Of a DNA stretch of 52,739 nucleotides, positions 45,301 through 52,739 are shown piece by piece. The stretch is taken from the IMG/VR virus record IMGVR_UViG_3300030104_001024, positions 1 through 52,739 of that record, one strand, 5' to 3'. Both the position numbers and the translations under genes were made by a program. Within the stretch, counting starts at the first letter, position 1, and every line of letters starts with the position of its first letter. Source of the DNA: a virus. Its lineage: Duplodnaviria; Caudoviricetes. The notes beneath the pieces were generated by a model. That model was given only the letters and a program-made list of their open reading frames with translations. It was not told the DNA's origin and made no database searches.

Positions 45301-46022
45301 TCTTTTGCTGTAACCTTTTGTGCAGTTCCTCCCACAATTATCTCAGGCTTTTTTGTTGCCAACTCCAGTGCCTTTTTCTTTGTTAGTTGACTGCCTTTTT
45401 TCTCTAATAACTTTTGTGCTGTTGCTTGTATAGCTAATTTCTTTGCTGTCTGAGCCGCAGCTTTTGCTCCAAAAAAGGTTACAGCCTTACCTGCACCAAT
45501 ACCCACTAAGTTTGCAGGGTCAACTATTGCAGCTCTTGCATAATCTCCTACAGCATCTAACCTCTCTAGGAACGTACTTCTTTTCCCTGTAAATATATTT
45601 TCCATGTTGTCAAATAACTTGTACGCTTCACCTGCTATTTGTCTTTTGTTTTCATCCGCTTTATTTAACCAAGCCACCTCTCCTATAGTTACGACAGACT
45701 GTCCTGCTTGAAACCTACGCATTTTGTTTACAAAAGCCGTAACTATTTCTTTATCGGTAAGATCTGTCAGTTCGTCAATACCCTCTCGTTCTTCCATATA
45801 TGTTTTGATGGTAGTTAAAAAGCGTTCATCTTCAAGAAGGTCACTCTGCGTTAGCTTAGGCAAATTGTCTTTTGAAATTTTAGCCTGTTCTTTTTCTTGA
45901 GACTCTTCATACAACTTGTTTTGTGATGGGTTTAATTTCTGTAAATACCTATTTGGTTTTGTGATAGGAGGTGGAGTTGTAGTGTCTGTTTGAGAGAGCC
46001 TTTCTAAATACCTGTTAGTCAT
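42333..46022 (-). CDS. Large internal virion (ejection) protein, 1229 aa
   Basis: Size, helical composition and last position in the structural operon (T7 gp16-like position). Confidence 0.6.
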   Translation of the reverse strand: MTNRYLERLSQTDTTTPPPITKPNRYLQKLNPSQNKLYEESQEKEQAKISKDNLPKLTQSDLLEDERFLTTIKTYMEEREGIDELTDLTDKEIVTAFVNKMRRFQAGQSVVTIGEVAWLNKADENKRQIAGEAYKLFDNMENIFTGKRSTFLERLDAVGDYARAAIVDPANLVGIGAGKAVTFFGAKAAAQTAKKLAIQATAQKLLEKKGSQLTKKKALELATKKPEIIVGGTAQKVTAKEAERYFVKKGMQDFAEQEGKKRIGKELATAGVTDMGVSVGIDLAYQSGMIKSMRQEEYSQIQTGLAAFSGIVAPAYTVLSKKLSREDKQIYEKLRAEKQIRVEQATKNLDVTLTPLGDLLQKGVSLTMKEKEAQGKLVREFLGPTDSYAEYDFFKTFIWGNDELGVQGLVHNLKENGVRITDDYLEANFEGKPAKFLADIVSQMNPRDMGKFLATLNKADVRKRLPDYNRALKEYMKERGIPEGAKIEDEEIMEFFSGYFSSYASLQGRGLRLFSPVAKALGARGKIETPKASKTMEEALKPLMADDYLTATRKRVDYVQRNVIRSLVTNPGTSALNIIGWSNYTVMQSITDFIKASLYVPQAFFESAVGKTANATNSIQKAKLLFSLQKDKLRNVLDPESTYNDFTDYLAVRPDVQDKLMRYISGGVDSKEMIKDLGFDPMENVFFRTGEKTTNFFQALYGVQAQDVLTKSIEFMYNIDKRIRTQYNMSYDDFINSGRMEELMPTKEYIALESRAVDDTLKAVFGKKYGNMSKEAGYIAKGAYLIEEARRFPLFGLVLPFGQFFNNTVAFFADYSGLNAPAKIWNRVGYYKQEKIKEKMLKQFNEENGYNAELTEEFLAQMEKFSKRTYQEGDVVESIIKGAIGLSYVGYLSRQEEKYIDQGLSWDQEKGSGGETVTKQYDFPASLFKYTARIVAHKTRGEETPQDLKRVFWDVFGLGQVDRSLGVYERGIGNIAIGLEMGDIEGIMNAVGAVTGEAVTTVSAGLTRPLDPINQFLGFMEGENYVNVDRRQGNKVLNNSFRYVDEIFQNLLALENPPEKKSATTDISKPSQFTKVVGYREIGKQSYTERMFNSIGRSNWRVGFFGGVPEADSALNQRIFYFLEDRAKSLMLSKGFKDLSTNEKKQKVDRILELAKKNTKDSMKSSVIIEDRQLEKLYSLNTKYKDGDIRKAMKNIDMEGDYDNLSYDQLELLEAYMDSSDDYIKRTTK

Positions 46023-47401
46023 TACTTTTTAGTTCCATCTGAGTTATAATATTTACCCCAAGTCCTATCCCACTTTCTAACATTTACTCTTCCCCCTCCT
46101 AGTAATACGGAAGGTCGCTTTTTATCAATTTTAGCAGGTAGACCCTGAACTTTGAAAGCTTCTACAAAATCATCTACATCACCATACTGTAACAATTCGT
46201 TTATATCTTGTTGTGTTGGCACAGGAATTTGAACTGTTGGGGGCTGTTGATTTGTTGAGACATTTTGATTATTTATTTGTTGACCAGAACCTATCTGTGA
46301 TGTTCCAGTTATTTGTCCTGATGATGAAGCTACTTTTGTTACTTTTAACCCTATGCTCTCTGCTTTTTTGAGTATTTCTTCTTCGGTAAAAGCAGCAATA
46401 CCTGCTTCATTATTATAAAGGTATTGTAATGCTCCTTCTAAAACGTCTTTACTTAAAGCTCCAAGTTTAGTGTTAAGGTATTTCTCCATACTATTATCTT
46501 GAAGCATTAGATCCCCTATAAATTTACCACCAAACTCAGCATTTACTCTGTTAATAGTTGCTAGATCATTGTTCTTATAACTATCTCGATCCCTTATTAA
46601 ACTAGCAAATTTTTGCTCTCCATTTTGCCCATCCGCAAAGTTTAATTTTTTTCTAGCTTCAGGCTTTAACTTTTGTAATTCCTGTATCTTCAGGGTAAAT
46701 TCATCATAAGCTCTGCTATTAAGGTTATCTTGTATAGCTTTTGACTCCGTAACGGATAGAGGAGTTGGGAAGTAACTATAGTCTAAACCACCTTCTGCTT
46801 GTTCAGGAGAGGTATAATCCCCTCCAAGTCCCATTGTATAGAGGTCATACATACTATAATTCTGCCCTACCATCTTCTCTTTTAGCTTTTCGTTCTCTCT
46901 CGCATCTGAGCCAAAGCCTAGAGCAGATAAGAAGAAGTTGTTTTCCATAAGTCCAGAGTCTTTTTTCTCTGCGTCTAAATTAGTATTAAGAATAGCTAAT
47001 CCTGACGCTTTTCTTGCGGCTTGTTCAACAGTCATACCTTTTTCTGGTATAACTAGGTCAAGCGAACTTAAAAAACCATCTATTCTTTTTTTGGTTATTT
47101 TAGTGTTAGGAAACTTTTTGCTGAAGTTCTTTATATAGGCATCAGCTTCTGCTAACATAGTTGGATTTGTGGCTAGTCTTACAACTGCATCTATATCAGC
47201 ATCATATCTATTTATTAAGGAGTTGGCTATATTTTTATACTTGTTAAAATTAGCTTGTCTTTTTAAATACTGTTGCAACCCTGCAGTTTCAGCAATTCGC
47301 TCCTTACGTATTCTTTCTTCTTTTGCTGTTTTTCTACTTTCTAAAATTTGACCTGTCAAACCAGTTAAGAATGCAGTAGCAAATGCTTGACCAAACGCCA
47401 T
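46022..47401 (-). CDS. Internal virion protein
   Basis: MAFGQAFATAFLTG N-terminus followed by a coiled coil. Confidence 0.55.
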   Translation of the reverse strand: MAFGQAFATAFLTGLTGQILESRKTAKEERIRKERIAETAGLQQYLKRQANFNKYKNIANSLINRYDADIDAVVRLATNPTMLAEADAYIKNFSKKFPNTKITKKRIDGFLSSLDLVIPEKGMTVEQAARKASGLAILNTNLDAEKKDSGLMENNFFLSALGFGSDARENEKLKEKMVGQNYSMYDLYTMGLGGDYTSPEQAEGGLDYSYFPTPLSVTESKAIQDNLNSRAYDEFTLKIQELQKLKPEARKKLNFADGQNGEQKFASLIRDRDSYKNNDLATINRVNAEFGGKFIGDLMLQDNSMEKYLNTKLGALSKDVLEGALQYLYNNEAGIAAFTEEEILKKAESIGLKVTKVASSSGQITGTSQIGSGQQINNQNVSTNQQPPTVQIPVPTQQDINELLQYGDVDDFVEAFKVQGLPAKIDKKRPSVLLGGGRVNVRKWDRTWGKYYNSDGTKK

Positions 47402-47967
47402 TACTCACCTCTCCTTGCCATTAAACCCATAGGCTTTTCCTCCACCACAGCCTCTTCTTCTTCTTGTGCCTCTATAGGCTCTTCTACCCTATTCTCTTCT
47501 AAAAACTCCTGTGTTTGCTCTAATATGTCTGTTCCTGCATCAGGTGTTTCCATTTTATCAATAGCTCTTTGAAGCCTTGACACGAGAAGTTGCTTCTCTT
47601 TCTTAGCCATCTCTTCTTTCTTGTTTCGAGCTTTGAGTGTTATATTCTTTAAACCTGCTTGTCTAGCCTGTACGTGAATATACTCGACTAGGACAGGATG
47701 TACTAATAAGCTTATATCAATAGAGTGAATACCTTCCATCACACCATTTGTAAGTATTGATTTAACTAATAAATCTAATGGAAAGCCCTCGTCTAGTGCA
47801 GTAAATATGTCATCTAACACTTCATCTTTTGACATATTGTTTATATAAAATGTTAGTGCTTCTTCTGGCTTATCAATCTGTGGAGGTCTTTCCCAAGGAA
47901 AACCTTTTGGTTCTGTTGTGAGTGATTGTCCCGGAATGGGTGCATCAAATGTTACTTCTTCTACCAT
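47401..47967 (-). CDS. Virion-module protein
   Basis: FDAPIPGQSLT.EP...PWERPP; C-terminal GLMARR. Confidence 0.55.
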   Translation of the reverse strand: MVEEVTFDAPIPGQSLTTEPKGFPWERPPQIDKPEEALTFYINNMSKDEVLDDIFTALDEGFPLDLLVKSILTNGVMEGIHSIDISLLVHPVLVEYIHVQARQAGLKNITLKARNKKEEMAKKEKQLLVSRLQRAIDKMETPDAGTDILEQTQEFLEENRVEEPIEAQEEEEAVVEEKPMGLMARRGE

Positions 47968-47969
47968 AA

Positions 47970-48470
47970 TTAATCTCTTTCTGGAAAGTCTAAACCAATA
48001 GATTCTTGCATAACAGCTTTAGGTGCAGGAGCAAATGTAAACCCTGCCTCATCAAGTCTAGCTTTGTCTTCTGCATCTATAAATATTTCACCATTTTCAA
48101 CATCTGGATTGTCCATGTTTAAAGCATATAATTCTAAAGCAGGTATACCTAACTCGTCAGCTATTTCTTGTAATGTTCTGCCTGAAGGGTATACAGAAAC
48201 TAAATTGCTCTCTTGAAATGGTATTTCTTGTGCTAAAGACCTGAAAGCGTTGCTTACGGCTGCTGTAAACCCTTTAGTTTGTCCCAATGCCATTGTCTGA
48301 GCTTCAGGCATAGAGGCTAAAGGAGTTGTCTTTTTACCACCTAACCCTTTTGCATCTCTCGCTATGGTGTCGGTTACTTGCACTTGCTCACCTGTTTCTC
48401 TGAGCATTACACCGCCTGTGCCAATAGTAAACACATCATCTATAAAACTACTGCCGTTATACTCATCCAT
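47970..48470 (-). CDS. Protein with a LysM-like segment
   Basis: SGRTLQEIADELGIPALELYALN. Confidence 0.45.
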   Translation of the reverse strand: MDEYNGSSFIDDVFTIGTGGVMLRETGEQVQVTDTIARDAKGLGGKKTTPLASMPEAQTMALGQTKGFTAAVSNAFRSLAQEIPFQESNLVSVYPSGRTLQEIADELGIPALELYALNMDNPDVENGEIFIDAEDKARLDEAGFTFAPAPKAVMQESIGLDFPERD

Positions 48471-48473
48471 CTA

Positions 48474-50984
48474 TTATGCTCCAAAAAAGTATTTAGGGTT
48501 ATTAAATATACCACCAACCACAGCACTTGCAAATCCACCCAAGGCTGTACCAAATGCGTTATCACCTGACACATCCGCTTTCATGTCTGCAACAATAAGT
48601 TCTTGTCGTCTACCTGCTGCACTTTCTGCAGAAGCAAATGCGTAAGCCATTAGGTCACGCTCTTTTTGCCACAACTCGTCAAGACCTTTTTGTGTAAGGT
48701 TATTTGCCTGTAGTGCATTCTGCCTGTTAGCTTCGTTAAGGGCTGCGTTGTTTATTGTAGCTAAGTTCTGTCGCCACTGTGCGTTAGCCTGTGCTATAAC
48801 AAGTTGGTTTTGAGCGTTAAACTGATCACGTTGATTGTTTATTTGCTCTTGAAACATCTCTAATGCGTTGTCTTCCTTCGCATTAAACTGGTTCATAGCG
48901 TTAGATTGAGCAGAGTTAAACTGCTGTACTTGGTTTCTAAGATTAGCAAAGAACTGATTTGTCTGGTTTTCACTCGTTGCGTTGAATTGTGATGCGGCAT
49001 TTTGTGCTGAAGCGTCCGTAAACAAGCTTTGTATTACCGATTGGTTCTTAAACATATCTGCTTGTTGTGATATGTCAAGATTACGGAAGTCCATCTGTAA
49101 GAAGTTCTGTGCGTTTTGAACCGCTGCCTGTTGTCTATTACTCAAATTAGCCATATCAGCTTGTGCTATCGAAGAAGCTTGAGCCATTGTCACAGCTTGG
49201 CGGTTACTTAGGTTAGTTAAGTCTACTGTCTGAGCAAGTTGTGCATTCTCAAGAGCTACCTGCTGTTCTGCAGAAAAGTTCATATTAGCTATATCGGATA
49301 TCTTGGATGCGTTTTGTACTCGTGCCTGAAACGTCTGGTCAAACTCCATACCAAGAAACTGTGCTCTCTGTTGGGCTGAAAGCATTGCACGTTGTTGTCT
49401 ATTACTAAGGTTTTGTTCTTCAAATCGTGCTACAGTCTGAGCATCCTGTAAAGCTATTGGTAACGCACTTTCCATCGCAGCTTGAGTTATAGCTTGTCCT
49501 GCCATAGAACTAGCTGCCAACCCTCGTTGTGCCATGATTGCTGTAGCTTGACGCATAGCTCCTGCAGCCCAAGGTGGAGGCTCTCCTCCCTCAAACTGGG
49601 TCATAAGGTTGGTTAGTTGTCCTTGAACTGTTGCCGCAGAAGATGGTGCTCCTGTAGCTGCCTCAATACCTTCTAAGAACTGTGCGGATTGTTCTGCGTT
49701 GGCTGCCCCTGATACAAGCTCTCCTTGGTTTAATGCTCTTTTAGCAGGAGAAACAATCTGTTGTCCTGTTCCTTGGGATGCTTGTATATCTCTTATGTTA
49801 AGGTCAGCAGTTGCCTGTTCTTGTGCCTGTGTAACAGCATTTTGAGATATAGTGCCAAAGCGTTCTTGAGGGGCGAAAGCTTGTACGTCTTGTGCGGTTG
49901 TTGTTACACCTGCTTGTGTCGAAACCATTGGTGTTGGAGCGTCAGCAGTAGTTGTTTGTGCCTGTGTACCCTCTGCTGTCACAGTGCCTGTAAGTTGCCC
50001 TGTTCTTGGGTCTATAGTTTGACCTGTAGTTGCTGTTAATTGATCTACAGGTTGTCTTGTAATTATGTCTGCAGGTGCTGAAACAGTAGACCCCACCGCT
50101 TCCGCAGCAGTAGGTATAGCAGATGATTGAAATGCCTGAGAAGCATTGGCTACGGCAGCCTCTGCTCGTGTTATCTGAGGCATAGCCTGATTAATTTGCT
50201 CTATTATCTTGTTTCTAGCATCTTCATTTTCTATGGGTGTGTTAGCTAGTTGTTGCTGTAGTGCAGATACTTTACTCTGCTCTGTTGATAGCTGTTCTTG
50301 AGCTAGATTTAGCTTTGACTTAACCTCTGCTACTATCGGTTGTATAGTAGTAGGTGGTGTCGGTAGTGGATCTCTTCTTTCCATTTGCTGTGCTTGTTGC
50401 AAAGCCCTTCTTCTTTCCATTTCCTGTGCTTGTTGCAAAGCCTTTTTTATCTTTTCACTACCGATTGTAAAGTTTTGCTGTAATATAGCCTCTTCTGCAG
50501 GAGATCTCTTAACTGGAGTAACTCGTACTATTCTATCTTTTCCTAGTTCTCTATCACGAGTTTCTACACGTCCACCCTCCTGATATCCTTGCAACGGATC
50601 AGCAGTGGTAGGATAAACCATTGTTGGTCTACCACGAGTTTCAATCACGTTGTCAAGGTAGCGTTGTATCTCAGGGGTTTGAGGCTGATTACTTGCAGAT
50701 CTCTTAACTGCAGCATCAAATAGTTTTTGAGACTTATCGTCAAAGCCTCCTACAGAGCCACCATACTGAAACCCTTGTCCTTGGTAAAAAGTATTAGCCT
50801 GAGATTGCATCAGCATCTGTTCAGCCTTGTCTGCCATTGCACCAAGGTATTCTGCAGCCTCACGAGTGTTTGCTCTTAGTCCTTTTCCTTCAAGAAGTTT
50901 ACTTATCTGCTGTGGTGTAAATCCTGCAAACCGCCTCATGTTTGTCTTCTTCTCAACGGTTGGTATATTCTGTTCTTCTCTCAT
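48474..50984 (-). CDS. Q/A/N-rich internal virion (DNA pilot-like) protein
   Basis: NLSNRQQ and QFNA repeats; Gly-rich hydrophobic C-terminus. Confidence 0.6.
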   Translation of the reverse strand: MREEQNIPTVEKKTNMRRFAGFTPQQISKLLEGKGLRANTREAAEYLGAMADKAEQMLMQSQANTFYQGQGFQYGGSVGGFDDKSQKLFDAAVKRSASNQPQTPEIQRYLDNVIETRGRPTMVYPTTADPLQGYQEGGRVETRDRELGKDRIVRVTPVKRSPAEEAILQQNFTIGSEKIKKALQQAQEMERRRALQQAQQMERRDPLPTPPTTIQPIVAEVKSKLNLAQEQLSTEQSKVSALQQQLANTPIENEDARNKIIEQINQAMPQITRAEAAVANASQAFQSSAIPTAAEAVGSTVSAPADIITRQPVDQLTATTGQTIDPRTGQLTGTVTAEGTQAQTTTADAPTPMVSTQAGVTTTAQDVQAFAPQERFGTISQNAVTQAQEQATADLNIRDIQASQGTGQQIVSPAKRALNQGELVSGAANAEQSAQFLEGIEAATGAPSSAATVQGQLTNLMTQFEGGEPPPWAAGAMRQATAIMAQRGLAASSMAGQAITQAAMESALPIALQDAQTVARFEEQNLSNRQQRAMLSAQQRAQFLGMEFDQTFQARVQNASKISDIANMNFSAEQQVALENAQLAQTVDLTNLSNRQAVTMAQASSIAQADMANLSNRQQAAVQNAQNFLQMDFRNLDISQQADMFKNQSVIQSLFTDASAQNAASQFNATSENQTNQFFANLRNQVQQFNSAQSNAMNQFNAKEDNALEMFQEQINNQRDQFNAQNQLVIAQANAQWRQNLATINNAALNEANRQNALQANNLTQKGLDELWQKERDLMAYAFASAESAAGRRQELIVADMKADVSGDNAFGTALGGFASAVVGGIFNNPKYFFGA
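50374..50442. repeat. In-frame duplication with a 36-bp period (ALQQAQxMERR x2)
   Basis: Two 33-bp copies at 50374 and 50410 with one mismatch. Confidence 0.85.
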
Positions 50985-51217
50985 TTAAGATCCCTACTTA
51001 ATACTCTGTCTAGCTTATCTTCTAATCTGTGTAGTGCTTCCATCACCCCATGCATCTCATGTTTTACTTCTGCCCTTGATGCGTACTCCTCTCTTGTTTT
51101 ATTAAGAAGTATGTCTATTCTTTTTAACTCTAGCATGACATTACGAAATGTCCATATCGCAGGAGCTATCACAAGGGTTAGAATTAAATTCCAAAACATT
51201 ACTGGGTCAATTTCCAT
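50981..51217 (-). CDS. Small TM plus coiled-coil protein
   Basis: N-terminal TM; LLNKTREEY...LEDKLD. Confidence 0.6.
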   Translation of the reverse strand: MEIDPVMFWNLILTLVIAPAIWTFRNVMLELKRIDILLNKTREEYASRAEVKHEMHGVMEALHRLEDKLDRVLSRDLK

Positions 51218-51688
51218 TTACTTAAAACTCTTATTCATTGAGTCAAGAACACTATCTATGTTAGGCTCTTGACCATCTGGGTTATATTTACAACGGTACT
51301 CAGTCGGACATTGACCTTCTACTACAAGTGTATATGTATCGTTTGCTCCTTTGTACAGACATATCTGTTGTCCATTTTTAGCTTGTACTCTTTTGTATCT
51401 ACGGCATGTTATATACTTAGGGTCTTCCCTCATGCCTAGTCTTTTCTCTTGCTCCCAAGTCCAGTCGCTGAACTTCTTGAGGAAGCAGGTAAAGCATTGT
51501 TTGATGTTCTCTGATTGTGCTAGGTGTATTGTACCATATTTATCTGCACAAAGATACTCAAATGTATGCTGTCCCCCATCTTTTCTTACGCAGTTATCCG
51601 AACCAACCCCTGTCAAACCCCATAAGTGTGTATACAAAGCCACCCAAAACACCAGTACCGACAACAAGAACCACTGCCAAAGCGACAT
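51218..51688 (-). CDS. Exported Cys-rich protein
   Basis: Signal/TM N-terminus and eight Cys; overlaps the upstream gene by 95 nt. Confidence 0.55.
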   Translation of the reverse strand: MSLWQWFLLSVLVFWVALYTHLWGLTGVGSDNCVRKDGGQHTFEYLCADKYGTIHLAQSENIKQCFTCFLKKFSDWTWEQEKRLGMREDPKYITCRRYKRVQAKNGQQICLYKGANDTYTLVVEGQCPTEYRCKYNPDGQEPNIDSVLDSMNKSFK

Positions 51689-52091
51689 ACATTATAACCT
51701 TTTCTCTGAACACTTGTTTATCATACACTTCCTTCTGTCTTCTTTTACGGATTTGCCCTTCCATCGCAAGTAGGTCATCCCAAGATTTTGAACCATGAGT
51801 GAACATTAGAAACTGTTTTAGTTCATACCTCTGTTCTTCTAACTTCTTCTTGGCAGTAAAAGCTTCAATGGCTTCTTGTTCTATACTGCCACCACCAAAC
51901 ATCTTGCGAACCATTGATGGGTTCTTGGCTGACTTGTGTGCGTTGTCTACATCACTGACTGCTCCCATCCATCTTGACAGGTCTTGTGACATTGCTTCTA
52001 AGTCTCGTCCTGCCTGAAACATACGCTTGATGTTTGTGAAAGCTGTGGATGCAATCCCAAGACTAGCAGATATAGTAATGGGGTCAAACAT
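51594..52091 (-). CDS. Membrane protein with a C-terminal TM
   Basis: MFDPIT start; helical body; hydrophobic tail. Confidence 0.6.
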   Translation of the reverse strand: MFDPITISASLGIASTAFTNIKRMFQAGRDLEAMSQDLSRWMGAVSDVDNAHKSAKNPSMVRKMFGGGSIEQEAIEAFTAKKKLEEQRYELKQFLMFTHGSKSWDDLLAMEGQIRKRRQKEVYDKQVFREKVIMYVALAVVLVVGTGVLGGFVYTLMGFDRGWFG

Positions 52092-52092
52092 T

Positions 52093-52275
52093 TTAGTCTG
52101 CAGCTTCGGCTGTGTTACCTTCTGCTACCCATTTAAGGTATTCTTGATAGTCGGCGTTGTCTTCATCTAAAGGTATATGACTATGGGAAACACCATTCTT
52201 AATTTTAACTCCTGTAGTTTCACCTGTCATAAGGCTTTTTACTAATTTATAAATTGGGTCTGTTGGGTATGCCAT
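52093..52275 (-). CDS. Tail fibre assembly-like small protein
   Basis: IPLDEDNADYQEYLKWVAEGNT motif, directly after a fibre gene. Confidence 0.65.
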   Translation of the reverse strand: MAYPTDPIYKLVKSLMTGETTGVKIKNGVSHSHIPLDEDNADYQEYLKWVAEGNTAEAAD

Positions 52276-52276
52276 A

Positions 52277-52739
52277 TTATAACTCCGCTGAAAATTCTAT
52301 TTTAGCACTTCCACCTGCTGATGGATGACTTCTAACTATACCTGATACTCCTGAGTTTGCTGTAGTACCTACTTCAGAAGCATTATAAGCACTATATTGT
52401 TCTGTACTCGCATTTTCCCAAGTAAAACTATTAAACCCATCTCCTGCATTTTCTCTATAGACTATATACATATTAGTTCCTGACGTAGAAGTGGCAGTAG
52501 GTGATGCTCTCATGGTGGTTGGAAATCTAAATATGGTACTCATGTATGTGGTATTATAAAACCAAGCTACACCAATCTCTTTTGTAGCACCTTCAAGAAA
52601 CTTAAAGTAATACCTCTGACACTTTGCCAACGTCCTCTCAAAAGGCTCATGCTCAAACTCTGTTGCGTTCTGCCCTACTTCTAACTGAACACCTGTGATG
52701 AAGAAGGTTCTGTCTGTGCTGTCAAAGAATGAGGATATA
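52277..52739 (-). CDS. Tail fibre C-terminus, 5' truncated at the window edge
   Basis: The frame is open to the edge: FFITGVQLEVGQNATEFEHEPFERTLAKCQRYY. Confidence 0.75.
   Translation of the reverse strand, partial: ISSFFDSTDRTFFITGVQLEVGQNATEFEHEPFERTLAKCQRYYFKFLEGATKEIGVAWFYNTTYMSTIFRFPTTMRASPTATSTSGTNMYIVYRENAGDGFNSFTWENASTEQYSAYNASEVGTTANSGVSGIVRSHPSAGGSAKIEFSAEL

Noticed and set aside
1-52739. tRNA genes, phage RNA polymerase, reverse transcriptase/DGR
   Set aside because: None recognised by eye; a tRNA scan and HMM search were not run.

Overview
The window is almost a complete (~52.7 kb) genome of a marine podovirus of the HMO-2011-type group (phages of SAR116/Roseobacter Alphaproteobacteria). 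The call rests on a family-A DNA polymerase with a DnaJ-like CxxCxGxG insertion, the order tyrosine recombinase-primase-helicase-polymerase-exonuclease-endonuclease-MazG-class II RNR, and no RNA polymerase gene. Layout: 1-23.2 kb and 42.3-52.7 kb (minus strand) hold tail, capsid, portal, terminase, small basic proteins, lysis and internal virion proteins; 23.9-42.3 kb (plus strand) holds early and replication genes. Both edges fall in tail-fibre genes, so the sequence is probably a permuted genome whose physical end lies near 23.4 kb (inference). Most notable: (1) a sharply bounded ~2.7 kb early segment packed with GANTC (CcrM/GcrA) sites, with a 24-bp tandem array near its left edge and a terminator plus TAGGG repeats at its right edge; (2) a G-[FYM]-x-x-G-G peptide motif shared by small basic proteins and large internal virion proteins, next to a Cys/His-containing unknown that could be a maturation protease; (3) CCWGG avoidance visible in every Pro-Gly codon pair checked; (4) a repeated hairpin motif in the scaffold and capsid leaders; (5) a terL gene without an ATG start that overlaps its upstream gene. 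All counts were made by eye and need computational confirmation.
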